Shown in pieces: positions 41,700-55,539 of a stretch of DNA of 64,000 nt. The notes under the pieces were generated by a model that saw only the letters and a program-made list of their open reading frames with translations, did not search any database and had not been told where the DNA came from. Position 1 is the stretch's first letter. Each line of letters starts with the position of its first letter. The stretch is from Eledone cirrhosa (taxonomy: Eukaryota), in assembly GCA_964016885.1 (NCBI GenBank), contig OZ024740.1, forward strand, positions 199,826,001-199,890,000, read 5' to 3'. Both the position numbers and the translations under genes were made by a program.

Positions 41700-42584
41700 G
41701 TAATGTAATAAACAACATAAGGCAATTATTCCATTCACCAGTGGTTTCTTAAAAGAAAGAAATTTTGCCTTCAATCCTCAGAATGAAAAAAACAAGGTCT
41801 ATCTACATATACATATATATACACACATATACATATATATATATACACATACACATACATACACATACATTTTGGCATGTGATGGGTAAAGCGAAGAGAA
41901 TATATGGGGGGGGGAGACATAGGAAAAGGTGAAATACAAGGGGAGATAAGGGAGAAAAATAATACAAGAGTACAGAACGTGGATTCAGCAAATAAAAAAA
42001 AACGTAGTAGAAGTAAAGAGCAGGGAAGGAGTTCAAGGCGGTTGATTTATCATAGGAGTGTCAATCCAGTTACAGATCAGGTGTGATTTCAGATGAGGAC
42101 AACATCTGAAGATCTCAGTCTTTGAGTTTAGGCAAGCAGAAGTGACTCTCAAGTTTAGCAAAATCCTATATTTTTCTGTGGTACACAAAGTACAATTGTT
42201 TGTGCCCCTTTGGTACTCCCTCGAATGGTCTAAGACAGACCAATCGATAGAGTACAGGATGTTACTATCCTTGAATTCCCACACCTTACTTGCGAGGGCC
42301 GTTGATGTTTGTTTATCCGAGTGCTTAAAAGAAGCGACATGTGAGTAAAATCTGGTTTTAAACCTGTCCTGGGTCATACCGACATATCGCTCACTCCTGG
42401 CTGGCTGGTTGTTGATTACCGGTGTTATTTTAGCCTCATAAACAACAGATTTGTTGTTACATTTACCCTGCAATGGGCATTCATCCGGCTTCCTGCAACT
42501 GCATCCTAGATGTGTTCTCTTATGATTTGAACTAGTGATCTTGGACTTTATAGATGGGCAACAAGAGTAACTATTCTTAACTAC

Positions 42585-42588
<4 letters not shown>
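41700..42588 (-). mobile_element. 5'-truncated PLE (GIY-YIG + 3' pLTR), same family as 1-2330
   Basis: SYSCCPS, CSCRKPDECPLQGKC, VVYEA..YVGMT, CTLCTTEK; begins abruptly at a (TA)n tract. Confidence 0.92.
41730..41787 (-). ncRNA. Type I hammerhead motif in the 3' pLTR (cleavage base mutated to G)
   Basis: Reverse complement reads TTCATT-CTGAGGA-TTGAAG..TTTTAA-GAAA-CCACTGG-TG-AATGGA; the downstream flank matches 2322-2347. Confidence 0.72.
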
Positions 42589-42636
<48 letters not shown>

Positions 42637-44339
42637 TTACGTATGTGTGTATATAGTGTATACATATATGTGCATGTGTGTGGGCTTGTGGGTTTGTATA
42701 TCAAATATATACATAAGTTGGATTGTTTATGTAAATATATATCCATATGTATGCATGTCTTCTTCATATTACTGTTACCAGTGTTAAAAGAAGTAAACAT
42801 GTTACTGTACTAAACGTACGTCTGAAAAATATACATCCACGATATTTGTTATATACTTAATACTATCATACTGTTGATCTCTTATATGTAACATGGATAA
42901 ATAAACTTTCATTAACTTATATTATCCGTATATTTAGAAAGCAAAAACACCCTTTAGGGTCTACAAAATCTAAACACAACAACTTTTTCAACAAATTCCA
43001 TTAATATTTAGAAATCAAAGGGCATTTAACTCCTGCTGGATTAATATATACTTCCTCCTGATACATGGCGTGTCTTGGGCGTTTTAAACCTGCTAGAGTT
43101 TATTCCGAATCTAATATAGTGTATTTTTTCCTGTGAAAAAGAGGGAGTGCGATAAAAAGATAAAAAGAGATGGAGAGTGTTTTTTTTTATCGCCGTGTAA
43201 AGTATCAAACATAATTTTGACCTCTACATTAGAGTAGAGTTAACCGGATCAAATACTGAAGTATTTAATTAGACGCTGAAACGTCTCTGCCTGCCGTTAA
43301 CATAACCTAATCAAAGAATGTGTAAAGCATAGGCAACCCGTTTGGTGAAAGTAGCCTTAAAACTAAATATATAAAGCAAATAACCTGTTTTGATATTCTA
43401 CCTATCATCGGCGAAGCATATTACATCTTTGTTGGAAAGACATAGATAAATTGAGGCAACATATGGACGCTGATTATGAACATCAGCAGTATGGTTGTGA
43501 TAAAATTCTTTTGGGGTACCGCACTGAATGATTAATGCATAGACCTTATTGAGTGACACTTATATAAATTATTATATAAATTATTGAGATGGAAAGGTTT
43601 TCTTAGAAAATAGGAATTTCTAGAGAACAGAAAAAAACCCAGATTTTGTAGACCATTCGAAAAATGCTATGCCCAAATAGTGCCCTGGATAATATCTAGG
43701 GCGCTCATGACCTAATCATACCCCATTATAAAAAAAGTTAAATAAACAAAATTTCAACAAACACCACGAAAAAGTATTGATATTAACGACAATATTATCA
43801 ATATTGGATTCTAATTAAGAGCTAAGGACAGCAATGTAACTGTAACTATCGTTTCGACCCCGCCAGAAAAAAGGCAAATTTCGAACGCGACGCACGATTT
43901 GAAGTGCAAATCCCGTTAAGGTCAACCAGTGTCAATAGGTAACAAGGCGACAAATTAATATAATGTTTAGAAGGAAGGAGAGAATGCTTCGCTGTATTCA
44001 GTCTAGCTTTCTGGAGTCTAAATTCAAATCCGGAACGATATCAATTTTTCCTTTCTTCATTTGAAGATCCATAAATCCATAAATTTAGTATTTTAGAACC
44101 AATCCAATACTCGGTTGATTGTTCATTTATAACCATTTCTCACCCTCTCTCGCTCCCTCCCCCTCTCTTACACACACACAAACACACTCTCTTTCCCCCT
44201 CTCTTTTGTTTGATCACTCGCTCTCTCTCTCTCCGTCCTATCTCTGAGATTGTCTCTGTCAGCATGAAAGAATAATGGATAAACAATCACTAATATTAAG
44301 GGAAGGTAGAGTGAATCATATGGATCCGAAAGCAAAACA

Positions 44340-44420
44340 TTTATCATTACGGGGTCGATAAAATAAAGTACCAGTAACGTGCTGGCTAATTGCTGGCCTT
44401 GTGCCAAAAGTAGAAAGGAT
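44340..44420 (+). mobile_element. SINE 3' half
   Basis: GGGGTCGATAAAATAAAGTACCAG..GGCCTTGTGCCAAAAGTAGAAA. Confidence 0.8.
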
Positions 44421-46521
44421 TATGTATATTTCAAAAATGAAAACAATGTTTACTGCACTCATTATATAATACTACATCTAAACAACACGAAATATCTCAC
44501 CCAACCTTCTAGCTATTCAAACGATTATTCATCGTGAAAACTTATTCACTCCTTTTGATACGAATCCCCTGTTTCTATAATACAATGTTGTCTTAAAGTG
44601 ACCATAGTTAAATTTAAACATCCTATCAATTATATGTAAGATAATTTTGTTAAGCATGATTCAAATGACAACTTAAAAATTAATAACTTACATATGTTGC
44701 TAAATCCCTCACAATTCTTCATCGGTTTTCATTATTGAGAAACATTGACAGTGCATTTCACTAGAAATACGGGAAGGAATAGATTGATATTTTCTGACAT
44801 TAGTAAAAAGTCCGAGTCTTTTTGAAATCATACAGTTGATACACCTCACATAGATTGTAGGTTTATTTTACAAGGTTGCAACTCATAGAGGGAATCTTGG
44901 ATGGTATATAATAGAGTCTGTCTTTCTTTCAGGAAAAGACCTGACCCTTCTCCGGAAGTCTGTCCATATCAGGGAGTAAATTACAGTACCCATTTGTTTT
45001 GCAGCTGATTGGATTGAAGCATAGTGAAATGGACGGTCATGCCGAAGGACACAATTCGCCGCTATATCCAGGTACACACGACAGTATGATACTATTTTCA
45101 CCACCCATCCCACTAGGGATCGGGCCCTTCATGAGAGCAATGTGTTGTATTGACTCAGAAGCATGAAAATGAATCAATCACAAATGCGAAGATTATTTCA
45201 TTGTTTGATTTATATTATCGTTGACATCAGAAATAGATTGTTTTTTATAATAGTCCTTACAGATTAATTTCTATTAGATTACTGGTTCCTTTAATGCTTC
45301 TGTGACAAGTGACGTCTATTATTTCAGTCATGAACTCATAGCAATCCTAGATTTAGGAAAATTATGACTTTTGTATGTGTTTCATGTCTATCTAAACTAT
45401 AAGTTATACAAGCCATGTCTTACTAAGTATCGATAAAGTACCTAATTTAATGCGACTTTAGTTGGGAGCATTATTGTTATAACCTAACGGAGTATTGCTT
45501 GTGAACCTAAGCTTCATGTCCTGCAGGGTGGTGCAATTTCGATGTCCACGGTGGGATTATGTTCGAATATTTTGTAAGAAACACCTAAAGGAAAGAACTA
45601 AGTGTATGCGTAAACTAAGTTTAATGTAAATTTATAGCAGTAATATTAATTAGACATTGTTCTATAGTATATTTCTAAATTTTACTTTATATGGTTTTTT
45701 TTTAAATAAGAGGTTGTTGACGAGTCGCATCGTCAGTTTGGAGAACGTAACTAAGAACCAGTAAAATAGAACATGTATTTATTTAGTGGTTTCTAAATTA
45801 GGATGTCTGCAGGTAAAGCTATGAAATGTCTGTATGCTAAGATGTATGCTAAGTATGTTGTTAAAATACATAATATACAGCTTATTGGTTATCATTTCCT
45901 CAGGAATAAACATAGAGTGAAATAATTTTAGCGAGCTTTCTGTGACAATATTCACATAAATAATACGTGTCCTTGGTAGTGAAAACTTTGAGACTTACTG
46001 ATATATTAACAGATAAGAGGTTTTCCACATTAGAAATGTTAAATATAGAGAGCAATATATCCTATTGGTAAAGATTCATGCACGTTTCGTTCATTTTCAT
46101 AAAAAATATATCATCAAACTTTAATCCCCATGATAGCCAATTATTCTTCAGATAAAAATCAGTGAGCAGTGATATGGAATAGGTTTTTAATGAATCATAT
46201 CAATTTCGAATGAAGAGACCTTTTATCATTGATCAAAGTGGTGTGCAGCAGACATCTGCATGATTTTCTAGCCATTGTGAATTTCTAATAATAGCCATCT
46301 GTTGCTGCTTTGTGTAATATGGATCTAATTAAAATATTGATTTACTGAAGCAATATCACAGAATATATCGGAGACTCAGCAATATGGATAACGACCGCCA
46401 GTCTGCTGATTTATTTGTGACTAGCTGGTATATATTTCAGTTAAAATGATCTCAAATTAAAATGACATTATATTTGGCATTATGCTCTATAACTGCTGAT
46501 GATATTTAATATTATTTCCCT

Positions 46522-46720
46522 GGATTGGCAGTATCGGTAGGGCGGTGGGGTGAACGCCATGCTTTGCAGCAAAGAGTTACCGCCCTTTATGGTGTGAGTT
46601 CAAATCCCGCTGAGGTTAACTTTGCCTGTCATCCTTACGGGGGGGGGGGGGCGATAAAATAAAGTACCAGTAATACACTGGGTTAATTGCTGGCCTTGAG
46701 CCACAAGTAGAAACAAATAT
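46522..46720 (+). mobile_element. Full-length tRNA-derived SINE
   Basis: GGATTGGCAGTATCGGTAG head, GAGTTCAAATCCC, and the same core and tail as 34150-34345. Confidence 0.88.
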
Positions 46721-48689
46721 TATCTTCCTGCTTTACACACACAGACACATACACACACACTCTCCCCTCTCTATCTCTCTATTTCTCTCTCTCATTCAAA
46801 CATAATCACACAGACACAACACATTGACACTCACATACATATTCAGTTTCAGAGATACATACTGAAATACATTTAAATATAGAAATACATCGTTTCATCT
46901 AAAAGGCATCGTAACATATATATCTTTTTGTCCCTCACATGTATTTGTGTATCAGAATAGATGTTGCGCTACACAAACCCACTCATACCGATTTGGAATA
47001 AAGGGATATATGTAAATATGAATCGTTATACACATCATAACTGCACAACAGGTGATGCATTACATTCCACTCATGTTAGTCTCCCGAGATACTCCTCGAA
47101 ACCTTCCATTTATATATTTAAATGTTTTTGTTTGTTTTTTTTCAGGTTTACATCTAAATTACATATTAGCAATAAAAACACTTACGTTCCACCTCAATAC
47201 CTCTCTTCTAACATATGTGTCATCCCTTCACCCATTCCCTTGATTCAAATCAGAAAATTCACTCATCGCATGACAATATATAACGCCGAATTTTTATCGC
47301 TTCTTTTTCTATCTGTCTTCACAAACTATTGGTGGCCAATTTGTGCTTTATTTTACACTCGATATTCGCATCTTTACCATATCTAACACATTCTGTTCTT
47401 CTGAGAATATGTCCTGATTTTGCTTTCTACATTATACATAGAAATTTACACCTAGCTGTCTGCAGAGATAATGTTCCTTAGTTTTAACCCTCAACATTTT
47501 AGTAATAAATACTCCGGCATTCTGTAAATAGAAGAATATGTTATGTTTCCATCTGAATTTACTTATAAAAATTTTAAACATAAACGTCAATATAGATACC
47601 ATTTTATCGATATTCTGTCTATATTTTATCGATCTTCTGTCTATTTTAAGCAGTAATATTAGAAACGATATATATTTAATAATTTACATGATATTCGTAA
47701 AAGGTGAAAGCAGCACACAGGATAAAATACTGACTATCCATATCACGTTAAGTATCGTCCACACGTTTGTCAATTTGATATTCTGCCCACCTTAACTTTT
47801 ATCTTGCAGATATGATATAAATAATATAATTACCTAACATAATCCAGGGGTCATTGTGCAAGTCTATATAATGTAAGGTATGTGTTCATCCTTACATGTA
47901 ATTGGAAAATGTTTGATTATTTTTGTGATTTTGCGACTTAGTTCTTGATCGAAAGAGAAAGTTACTTCTCAATTAACTTAATATTGGAACATAATATAAA
48001 AGCATTACAAGTTCTCTGAGGTGTTGGTACAGCATTCTATTCAGTCTATTTACTTCACATATGGCGTTAATTTGTTTCAGAACATTGTGCAACAAAGAAA
48101 CGCTGATTTGATATACAAAATCTGCTACCGCCTCTGTTTACTATCTCAGCTTAATGCACTATCTCAATTCAATTCTAAAGTAGAATACTCTGGATTTATG
48201 AACGATAACCTTATAAATTCCAGTCCCAATTTTGCATGCAATAGATCTCCAGTCACTTTTTTTTACACAATAGTATCCAAGTAGAGACACACGCTCTATA
48301 TATCCCTATTCCCCTATTCTAATCATAGTCAATCTATGGTAATATACACATTATTATAACCATTAAATACTACATTCCCAGAGTACGACTGACAATCAAG
48401 AGAGAGGTATGTTGAAACCTGAACGAAATTCAAGGCCAGGGAAAATTGCAGTCAGTTTGATCGTGTAGTAGTTTTCAACTCGTTTCATACCTGACCTAAA
48501 GGTTTGACTTATATTGCGATTTGATTTATTTAACTTTGATGGTATAGATAATAGATCTTAAAAATTGTTCTGAAAACAATAGGCTAATTCTAGTTGTGCT
48601 TTTCATATTTCAATCATTCCTGAAGTTAATAATGTTTAAGCCTTGTAATTGACAGTTCAGAATAATGGTCTGTTTCACATAAGCACCCA

Positions 48690-48850
<161 letters not shown>

Positions 48851-48861
48851 TATAGATATAT

Positions 48862-49015
<154 letters not shown>

Positions 49016-49836
49016 GAAACAGAAACAGAGAGATATGTAAATGATTCCACGCAAAGGCACACATTTGCCTATGCGTATACATGTGTGGTTGCATGTCTGT
49101 ATGCATGTATGCATATACGTATCTTTGTATGTGTGTACGTATGTAAGTTCGTAATTAAGCATACTAACACGCCATATATATCGATATATGTCAAACAAAA
49201 AAAGGCGCATTCCTCGTGTTAATTACATTAGCTTATTGTTTGGATTTAGGGCGTAAAATAATAGATAATATTTCCCAAAGGAATAAAAAATTGTTTTTCA
49301 AATAAGCGGAAAGTAAAAATCAAGTGTATTTGATCGTTTAGCAATAAGATGTTACCCTCTTATTTGTTCAGATATATAGCATACAAATTACGCCGGAAAC
49401 CGTTCCAAATTAGTGTGTTAAATAAACTTCGTTCCCGCCTACACTGAGTATAATTGAATTGATTGCGAAAATAAAAGAAGATGCTGGTAATACATTAATG
49501 ATATACACTACGTCTTCACATGTTGTCCTCCTTTATACGTTTATGGAGTTATAATTCGCTCGCTCATTGTAAGAATCTTTTCCCATACATCATTGGTTGC
49601 CATTATCAATTCATGTTAGCCTTCTTTCGTCCCAGATTTGCCCTCCTCTCACATAATATTTGACTCTCTCTCTCTCTCTCTAGAAGATTCTCATTCATTC
49701 TTTCCTATCTTTCTTTACTTCCCTCCCTCTCCAATAATATTCATTGTTTTGTCAATCCATGCATTTTATAAAGTCTAATTTAAAATTCATCATTCTCTAA
49801 CTGCCAATTTCAACCAATTAGTTGTATCTATGTTGC

Positions 49837-49903
<67 letters not shown>

Positions 49904-49933
49904 ATAGAAATAGGAATATATATGTACACACAG

Positions 49934-49999
<66 letters not shown>

Positions 50000-50031
50000 A
50001 GATCAAAAGATGGTTAAAGGAGTTCAATATA

Positions 50032-50098
50032 TTTTATTATGCGCATTTCAAAAACAAACATCATCAAACAATAATATTTGTGTTTTCATCAGATAAAA
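50032..50098 (-). ncRNA. Type I hammerhead ribozyme motif
   Basis: Mirror image of 50240-50306. Confidence 0.85.
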
Positions 50099-50239
50099 CA
50101 GGAGAACATGATATGAAGGCTAAAAAAACACTTGTTGATAGTGCAGTTTTAAATCAACATATATTTATATGTTTGATATGTTGATTTAAAACTGCACTAT
50201 CAACAAGTGTTTTTTTAGCCTTCATATCATGTTCTCCTG

Positions 50240-50306
50240 TTTTATCTGATGAAAACACAAATATTATTGTTTGATGATGTTTGTTTTTGAAATGCGCATA
50301 ATAAAA
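50240..50306 (+). ncRNA. Type I hammerhead ribozyme motif
   Basis: TTTTAT-CTGATGA-AAACACAAATATTA..TGATGTTTGTTTTT-GAAA-TGCGCA-TA-ATAAAA; palindromic stem III ATGCGCAT. Confidence 0.85.
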
Positions 50307-50835
50307 TATATTGAACTCCTTTAACCATCTTTTGATCTTATATTATGCATACTCCAGTCCCACAAACTGTAGAGTGCTTCTTATCCGATATCTGCATTGC
50401 TTTATTGTACTACAATAAAACTCACCTCCTACATATATATATATATATATATATGAGAGCTAACGACGTTTCAGCAACGCTTGTGTTCACTAATCCTCTT
50501 CATATATATCCGTATACCATCGTTTTCTCGTATGTGTATAAACACAAGAAAATAACTCTCTATATGTGAATTAGAGCAATGATAATGTCGAAATTGACAC
50601 TATCTATTGAGAATGCCAGATCTCCTGATCACACCTTACATATACATAACGTACTATCTATATAACCTTTTTTTTTTTTTTTTTTGTTATATGTATACAT
50701 ATTTAATAAAGACACACTGTACAATAATATATTCCGTCATCGTCAACTTAACGTCTTCGTTAACTCAATTACGTCTTCGTCAACATCCAAAAGATACACA
50801 TACCGACCATAATTAAATATGGAATGATACGCGAT

Positions 50836-51146
50836 GCCACACACACACACACACCCAGCCCCAGCGGTCGAAATGGAGAAGGCGTTTCCCCGGAGGACGG
50901 CAAGGGAGACGCGCTGGAAAAGGCACTCCAACTCGCGGGGCTCACACCTGCAGCTGGCCAGCTCAGCACATATGGTGGTGAGTAGGGAGGTAGCCCTAGA
51001 ACCGAGGATACCAGAAGTCTCCACTGCCAGGGGTACAACCGTAAACCTGTCGGAGAGCGACCAGTATTTGAGGAGTTTAGCCTCCTCAGCCCGACGTGCA
51101 GCAGAACCCGGTTCAGTAGCAGGCTGCACCAGGTTGCGGCTGCAGA
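50836..51146 (-). mobile_element. CRE-clade RLE LINE 3' end with a (TG)n tail
   Basis: AARRAEEAKLLKY..VPLAVETSGILG..LFQRVSLAVLRGNA; GC-rich island running directly into (TG)n. Confidence 0.8.
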
Positions 51147-51272
51147 TATTTTCGGTACTATCTTGTAAGTTTATTATATACAACAATATGATATAATTGT
51201 ATCTGCCAACATATACAATTCTAATATACATGCACGCACACACACACACATCCACAACCACACAAAGAAACA

Positions 51273-51334
<62 letters not shown>

Positions 51335-51379
51335 CCACAACCACACAAAGAAACACACACACACACACACATATATATA

Positions 51380-51423
<44 letters not shown>

Positions 51424-51644
51424 AATAGGAGTTCAGTAAAATCAAAGCTCTGGCTGTAGCCAAGCTAACGATATGCAATCCGGAATGTGCAGCAAAACAC
51501 TCGATAAGGTAGTGTCACTTTAGAGTAATAACATACGTTTAGAAAGCTTGACAAATTGAAGACTGCGACCGGTGAGCCAGCCACAATGACCAAATCAACG
51601 AGAAGACCAAGTCAGGATAATTTGACAAATATATATATATATAG

Positions 51645-53000
51645 AAGTAGTTCCACAACAGTAGGTTCACCACAACGAGAACAATTGTTTCACCTTATTC
51701 GGATCATCAGCTCGGTCTAAATGAAGTTGTACGGAAAAGGAAAATCAACTGTACGAATACGTATGAGCAGAAACAGTCAAAAGATCGATGAGAGGGAGAT
51801 AGCTATGGCTGCTCGGAATAAATTATTCATTTTATGCCGAATATTATAGATTGTTGATGTTAGTCAATCTGGAGCTATGTAATTATGTCATAGGTGTTTC
51901 CAGACGTGTGGACAGCGTGAAAAAGTCCATTCCTTGAATTGAGGCAAGTGCCATTACATAAACTTCTCAGAATATGGTTCCTTTCGTATGGCTTAGACTT
52001 AGTAATAGATTTCCATTTGTTGGAGTAATTTATGCCTGGCTCCTTGCGCGACCATACGTGGCTCACGAGCTTCATGGATGATCGTTTGTCCGGGTATTTG
52101 AAGGTCGAGTGATGATTCAGGAAGAGTTCCATAAACCGGCCCTCCAAGATTAAATAGGCTTTAACCTTTTATTGATTTTGTCGGATAGAAGTGATCAGAG
52201 CTTCGTAAATACAGCGGGTGTGTTCCATTGTTGTTTAAGGGGACAAGCTTCAGCCTTTCGGCAAGAGCTGTTGGTGATGTGGGCTTCGTATTCTTAGCAC
52301 AGGAGAATCCTAGTTTCCCCTTGTGTCTGTTAAAGATGGAGTGGTACTTGTGACCTATGGGGAAGTGTCACATCTAAGGGAGTTAAATATTTTTTCCTAC
52401 ATTAGTTTGAAAGTTGAGTTAGACGGTGGGGGAATACCAGATTGTTTTCTATTAGAACGATTTCTTTTTTCTATTGCTGTTTGTGTTAGCAGTAGAGTAA
52501 TTGATTGGTTGTCAGAAGTCGCCGTTAGCTAATACCGCGTTGTATTAGGGTGCTGTTCTGTCAAAGATTGCTTTATTAGAGGAGAAGTTAGAGATTCTAG
52601 TACCGATATTATTCACGAAGTTTCTAAAAACTGTAGGAGTGTGGCATGAGTCTGTGTGTATGTAATTTAGTTTTTCATTAGTTTATGAAAGGGTCTAAAT
52701 ATGTGTGCGTGAAGATCTAAGTTTTTTGTCTATGTAATCTACGCTAGTGAGGTTGGTAGCTACCGTTACCCTAAGTCCTAACTCATTAAAAGTAGTAATC
52801 AAATATATTTTGAAATCGGTCCAGGTCATGACCAGTTTTATGGCTCGATAGGATCAGACCATCGTCGCGATATAATCCCGTGTGGAAGTTAGGGAATCTA
52901 ATACGTAACACATCTAAAATAAATAAGCCAACTAAGTCGAATACATCAGCACTATTGAATGATCCCAATGATACGTCGAATAGTTCTGAAGTAGTTCACT
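51645..53000 (-). mobile_element. Decayed PLE (RT, GIY-YIG, pLTR)
   Basis: MGSFNSADVFDLVGLFIL, GLYRDDGL, endonuclease fragment NHHSTFKYPDKRSS..VWS. Confidence 0.88.
51676..51714 (-). ncRNA. Minimal hammerhead in the PLE 3' pLTR
   Basis: Reverse complement reads CGAG-CTGATGA-tCCgaataaGGt-GAAA-CAATTG-TT-CTCG; palindromic stem III ACAATTGT. Confidence 0.82.
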
Positions 53001-53186
53001 TCTAAGTCCAGACTATTTCATTGTGTTGACTTAGCAGCATCTAACCGAAGAGTGGTGTTCACTTAGCAGCATCTAAGCGAAGAAAAATGCTAGAGACTTC
53101 AATGAAACAAGAAGCTATCCATAGATCCTATGTTCCTGCAGAATTTTCCGCAACATGTCCCATGGAACGGGCCATATTCCTTTATT

Positions 53187-53488
53187 GGAGGAGGAGAAGA
53201 AGAAGAAGAAGAAGAAGAAGAAGAAGAAGAGGAGGAAGAGGAGGAGGAGGAGGGGGAGAAGGAGGAGGAGGAGGAGGAGGAGAAGAAGAAGAAGAAGAAG
53301 AAGAAGAAGAAGAAGAAGAAGAAGAAGAAGAAGAAGAAGAAGAAGAAGAAGAAGAAGAAGAAGAAGAAGAAGAAGAAGAAGAAGAAGAAGAAGAAGAAGA
53401 AGAAGAAGAAGAAGAAGAAGGAGGAGGAGGAGGAGGAGGAGAATGAGAAGAAGAAGAAGAAGAAGAAGAAGAAGAAGAAGAAGAAGAA
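53187..53488. repeat. (GAA)n/(GGA)n purine tract, ~300 bp
   Basis: Seen directly in the sequence. Confidence 0.97.
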
Positions 53489-54435
53489 TCCTCGCTTGAC
53501 TTTCTGAAATTGAATTTTTTTATTAACTTCTATATATATATATATATATCTTATATTTCACAATGTATGACTTAATAAATCGCTCTGAAAATATATTTAG
53601 TGTTACACCCTCTCCTGATCGAGATCCTTAAGTTGGTGAACGTTCTCACTAATTGAAGAGATGTTTGTCGAAGATGTATCATATATTTCTACTTCAGCTA
53701 TGTGACACACTATTTTATGTTCACATAGATTTGTCATCTCCATAACGTTAGAGGTAGATTATACAGCACATCCCGTTGCCATAGACGTAATCTATTATTA
53801 TCAGTGATTATTCCTTGCTGAGTGGATGGAATCACAAGCATTGTAGCCGCTGATCTCAGACCTGTTCATGAAGTAGAATAGCCGATGATTTTTCTTTAAT
53901 TAACAGAAAGTATCTTATTGATGACCAAGAATATACGGATAATGGCAATATAAACTGAGACACGGTTTTGATGCCTAATTAAATGGAACTTTTACTGAGT
54001 TCCTAATGGCCTCTTTTCCTGCATACCTAATGGTGTAAAATATTTGTGGATTAGGTTATATGAACTATAACTTTCGGAGAATTATTATATTTACTAATCA
54101 GAGATAACTGATTTTGTAGTAGTATTGAATTAGAGAGCATTGGAAATATTTACTTCTACTATTAAATTAATACTTGTAAAGAAGACAAAATATTTGAAAC
54201 CGCCTAACTATCCTCACTCGTATAGTGGGTAAATATCGCTGGAATGTGTTTTCATATGAAAAATCAAATTGTATTTCTTTTGAATGAAAAGGTTGTTTTT
54301 GTTATACATAATTTCCCTAAAGGGGACCGGAATGTATGTTAAATGAGCTAGTCTCAAATTGAATTTTATAAAATTCACTTGTTGTTTCATGATTTTGTGA
54401 ACTTCTCTCAGTACAGTACATATCGCATATTATAT

Positions 54436-54745
54436 AATTGTTTCTACTGTTGGCACAATGCCAGCAATTACACAGTGCATTACTGGTACTTTATTTTATC
54501 GACCCCCAAAGGATGAAAGGCAAAGTTAACCTCGGCGGAATTTTAACACAGAATGGCAACGGCTGTAACTCCATGCGTCAAAGCATAGCGCCCGACCCTC
54601 TACCGGTACTGCCAATACCAGTAGAGGTTGGACGCTATGCTTTGACGCATGGAGTTACAACCCTTGCCATTCTGTGTCCAAATCCCGCCGAGGTTAACTT
54701 TGCCTTTCATCCTTAGGGGGTCGATAAAATAAAGTACCAGTAATA
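54436..54745. mobile_element. Head-to-head inverted SINE pair
   Basis: Minus copy 54436-54616 followed by plus copy 54617-54745. Confidence 0.88.
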
Positions 54746-55539
54746 AGATAGGCGTTTTAATTACAGAAATACAATCCGATCATTGGAATACTTCTTTGTG
54801 TATTGTAAAATATTTAGAGCTAAATTGAACTTTTTTCAAGTAATGTTTCACGACTTTTTATAAAGGTTACTTCAATGTAAACTAATATATCCGAGATAAC
54901 AGAAAGTATGGCAATACATATTTCATAAAATAGACATATATTGTTCCTTGGAAGTATACGACTAAGTTCTGAGAAAACGTAACTTGAAATTAATCTTTCA
55001 AATTTATACATTCTTAGAAACCATTTTGCATGAAAAGCTCTCTATATTTCCTCTGTTTAATAATAATGCGGATGTCAAGTTTTCAGTGATTAGTTTTATA
55101 GTTATTGCCTGTTTAGATTTAGGTGGTTCTCCATGAGTCTGCATTCCAAACGATGTTTCCTGGCGTATGTTGACAATAGGAATCCGCCTGTGCCTGACAC
55201 ATTGTGGCAGATGGAAATATGTCAGCCGAAGTTATAACATAAGTCTCAAATAATATTCTATTGCTTAGCAGAAGTTTCGTTTCCTACATCAGTGGGTGGC
55301 CCCGATGAACTATGGTGTCGTGGTGGAAGGTGTCGAAACATCTACAGATTTTATTTAACGCTTCGTGACACATGGCTCTTGCATTCAGAAACGGAATCCA
55401 GCAGGTCTCTCACAGCATATGTGAGCTCACCAACAATATACACCTACCTACCTACATACATGCATACATATATACATACATGCATACATACATACATAAA
55501 TATTTCAAAAATAGAAACGAAATGATCATTCACTAACCC

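Larger units (their letters stand above)
49992..50430. mobile_element. Palindromic (fold-back) HHR element in (TA)n
   Basis: 171-bp arms (49992-50162 / 50176-50346), 13-bp spacer, ~85-bp tail, TA repeats on both sides. Confidence 0.9.

Noticed and set aside
40551-41718. Many overlapping ORFs ([12 protein letters not shown])
   Set aside because: They are translations of TA/CA microsatellites; the same applies to similar ORFs across the window.
44900-48600. Host exons in unique AT-rich DNA
   Set aside because: No recognisable protein motif or convincing spliceable ORF; small exons cannot be excluded without RNA data.
53087-53507. Poly-E/K/R proteins
   Set aside because: They are the three reading frames of a GAA repeat.
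55295-55350. CCGATGA...GAAA hammerhead candidate
   Set aside because: Stems I and II do not pair.
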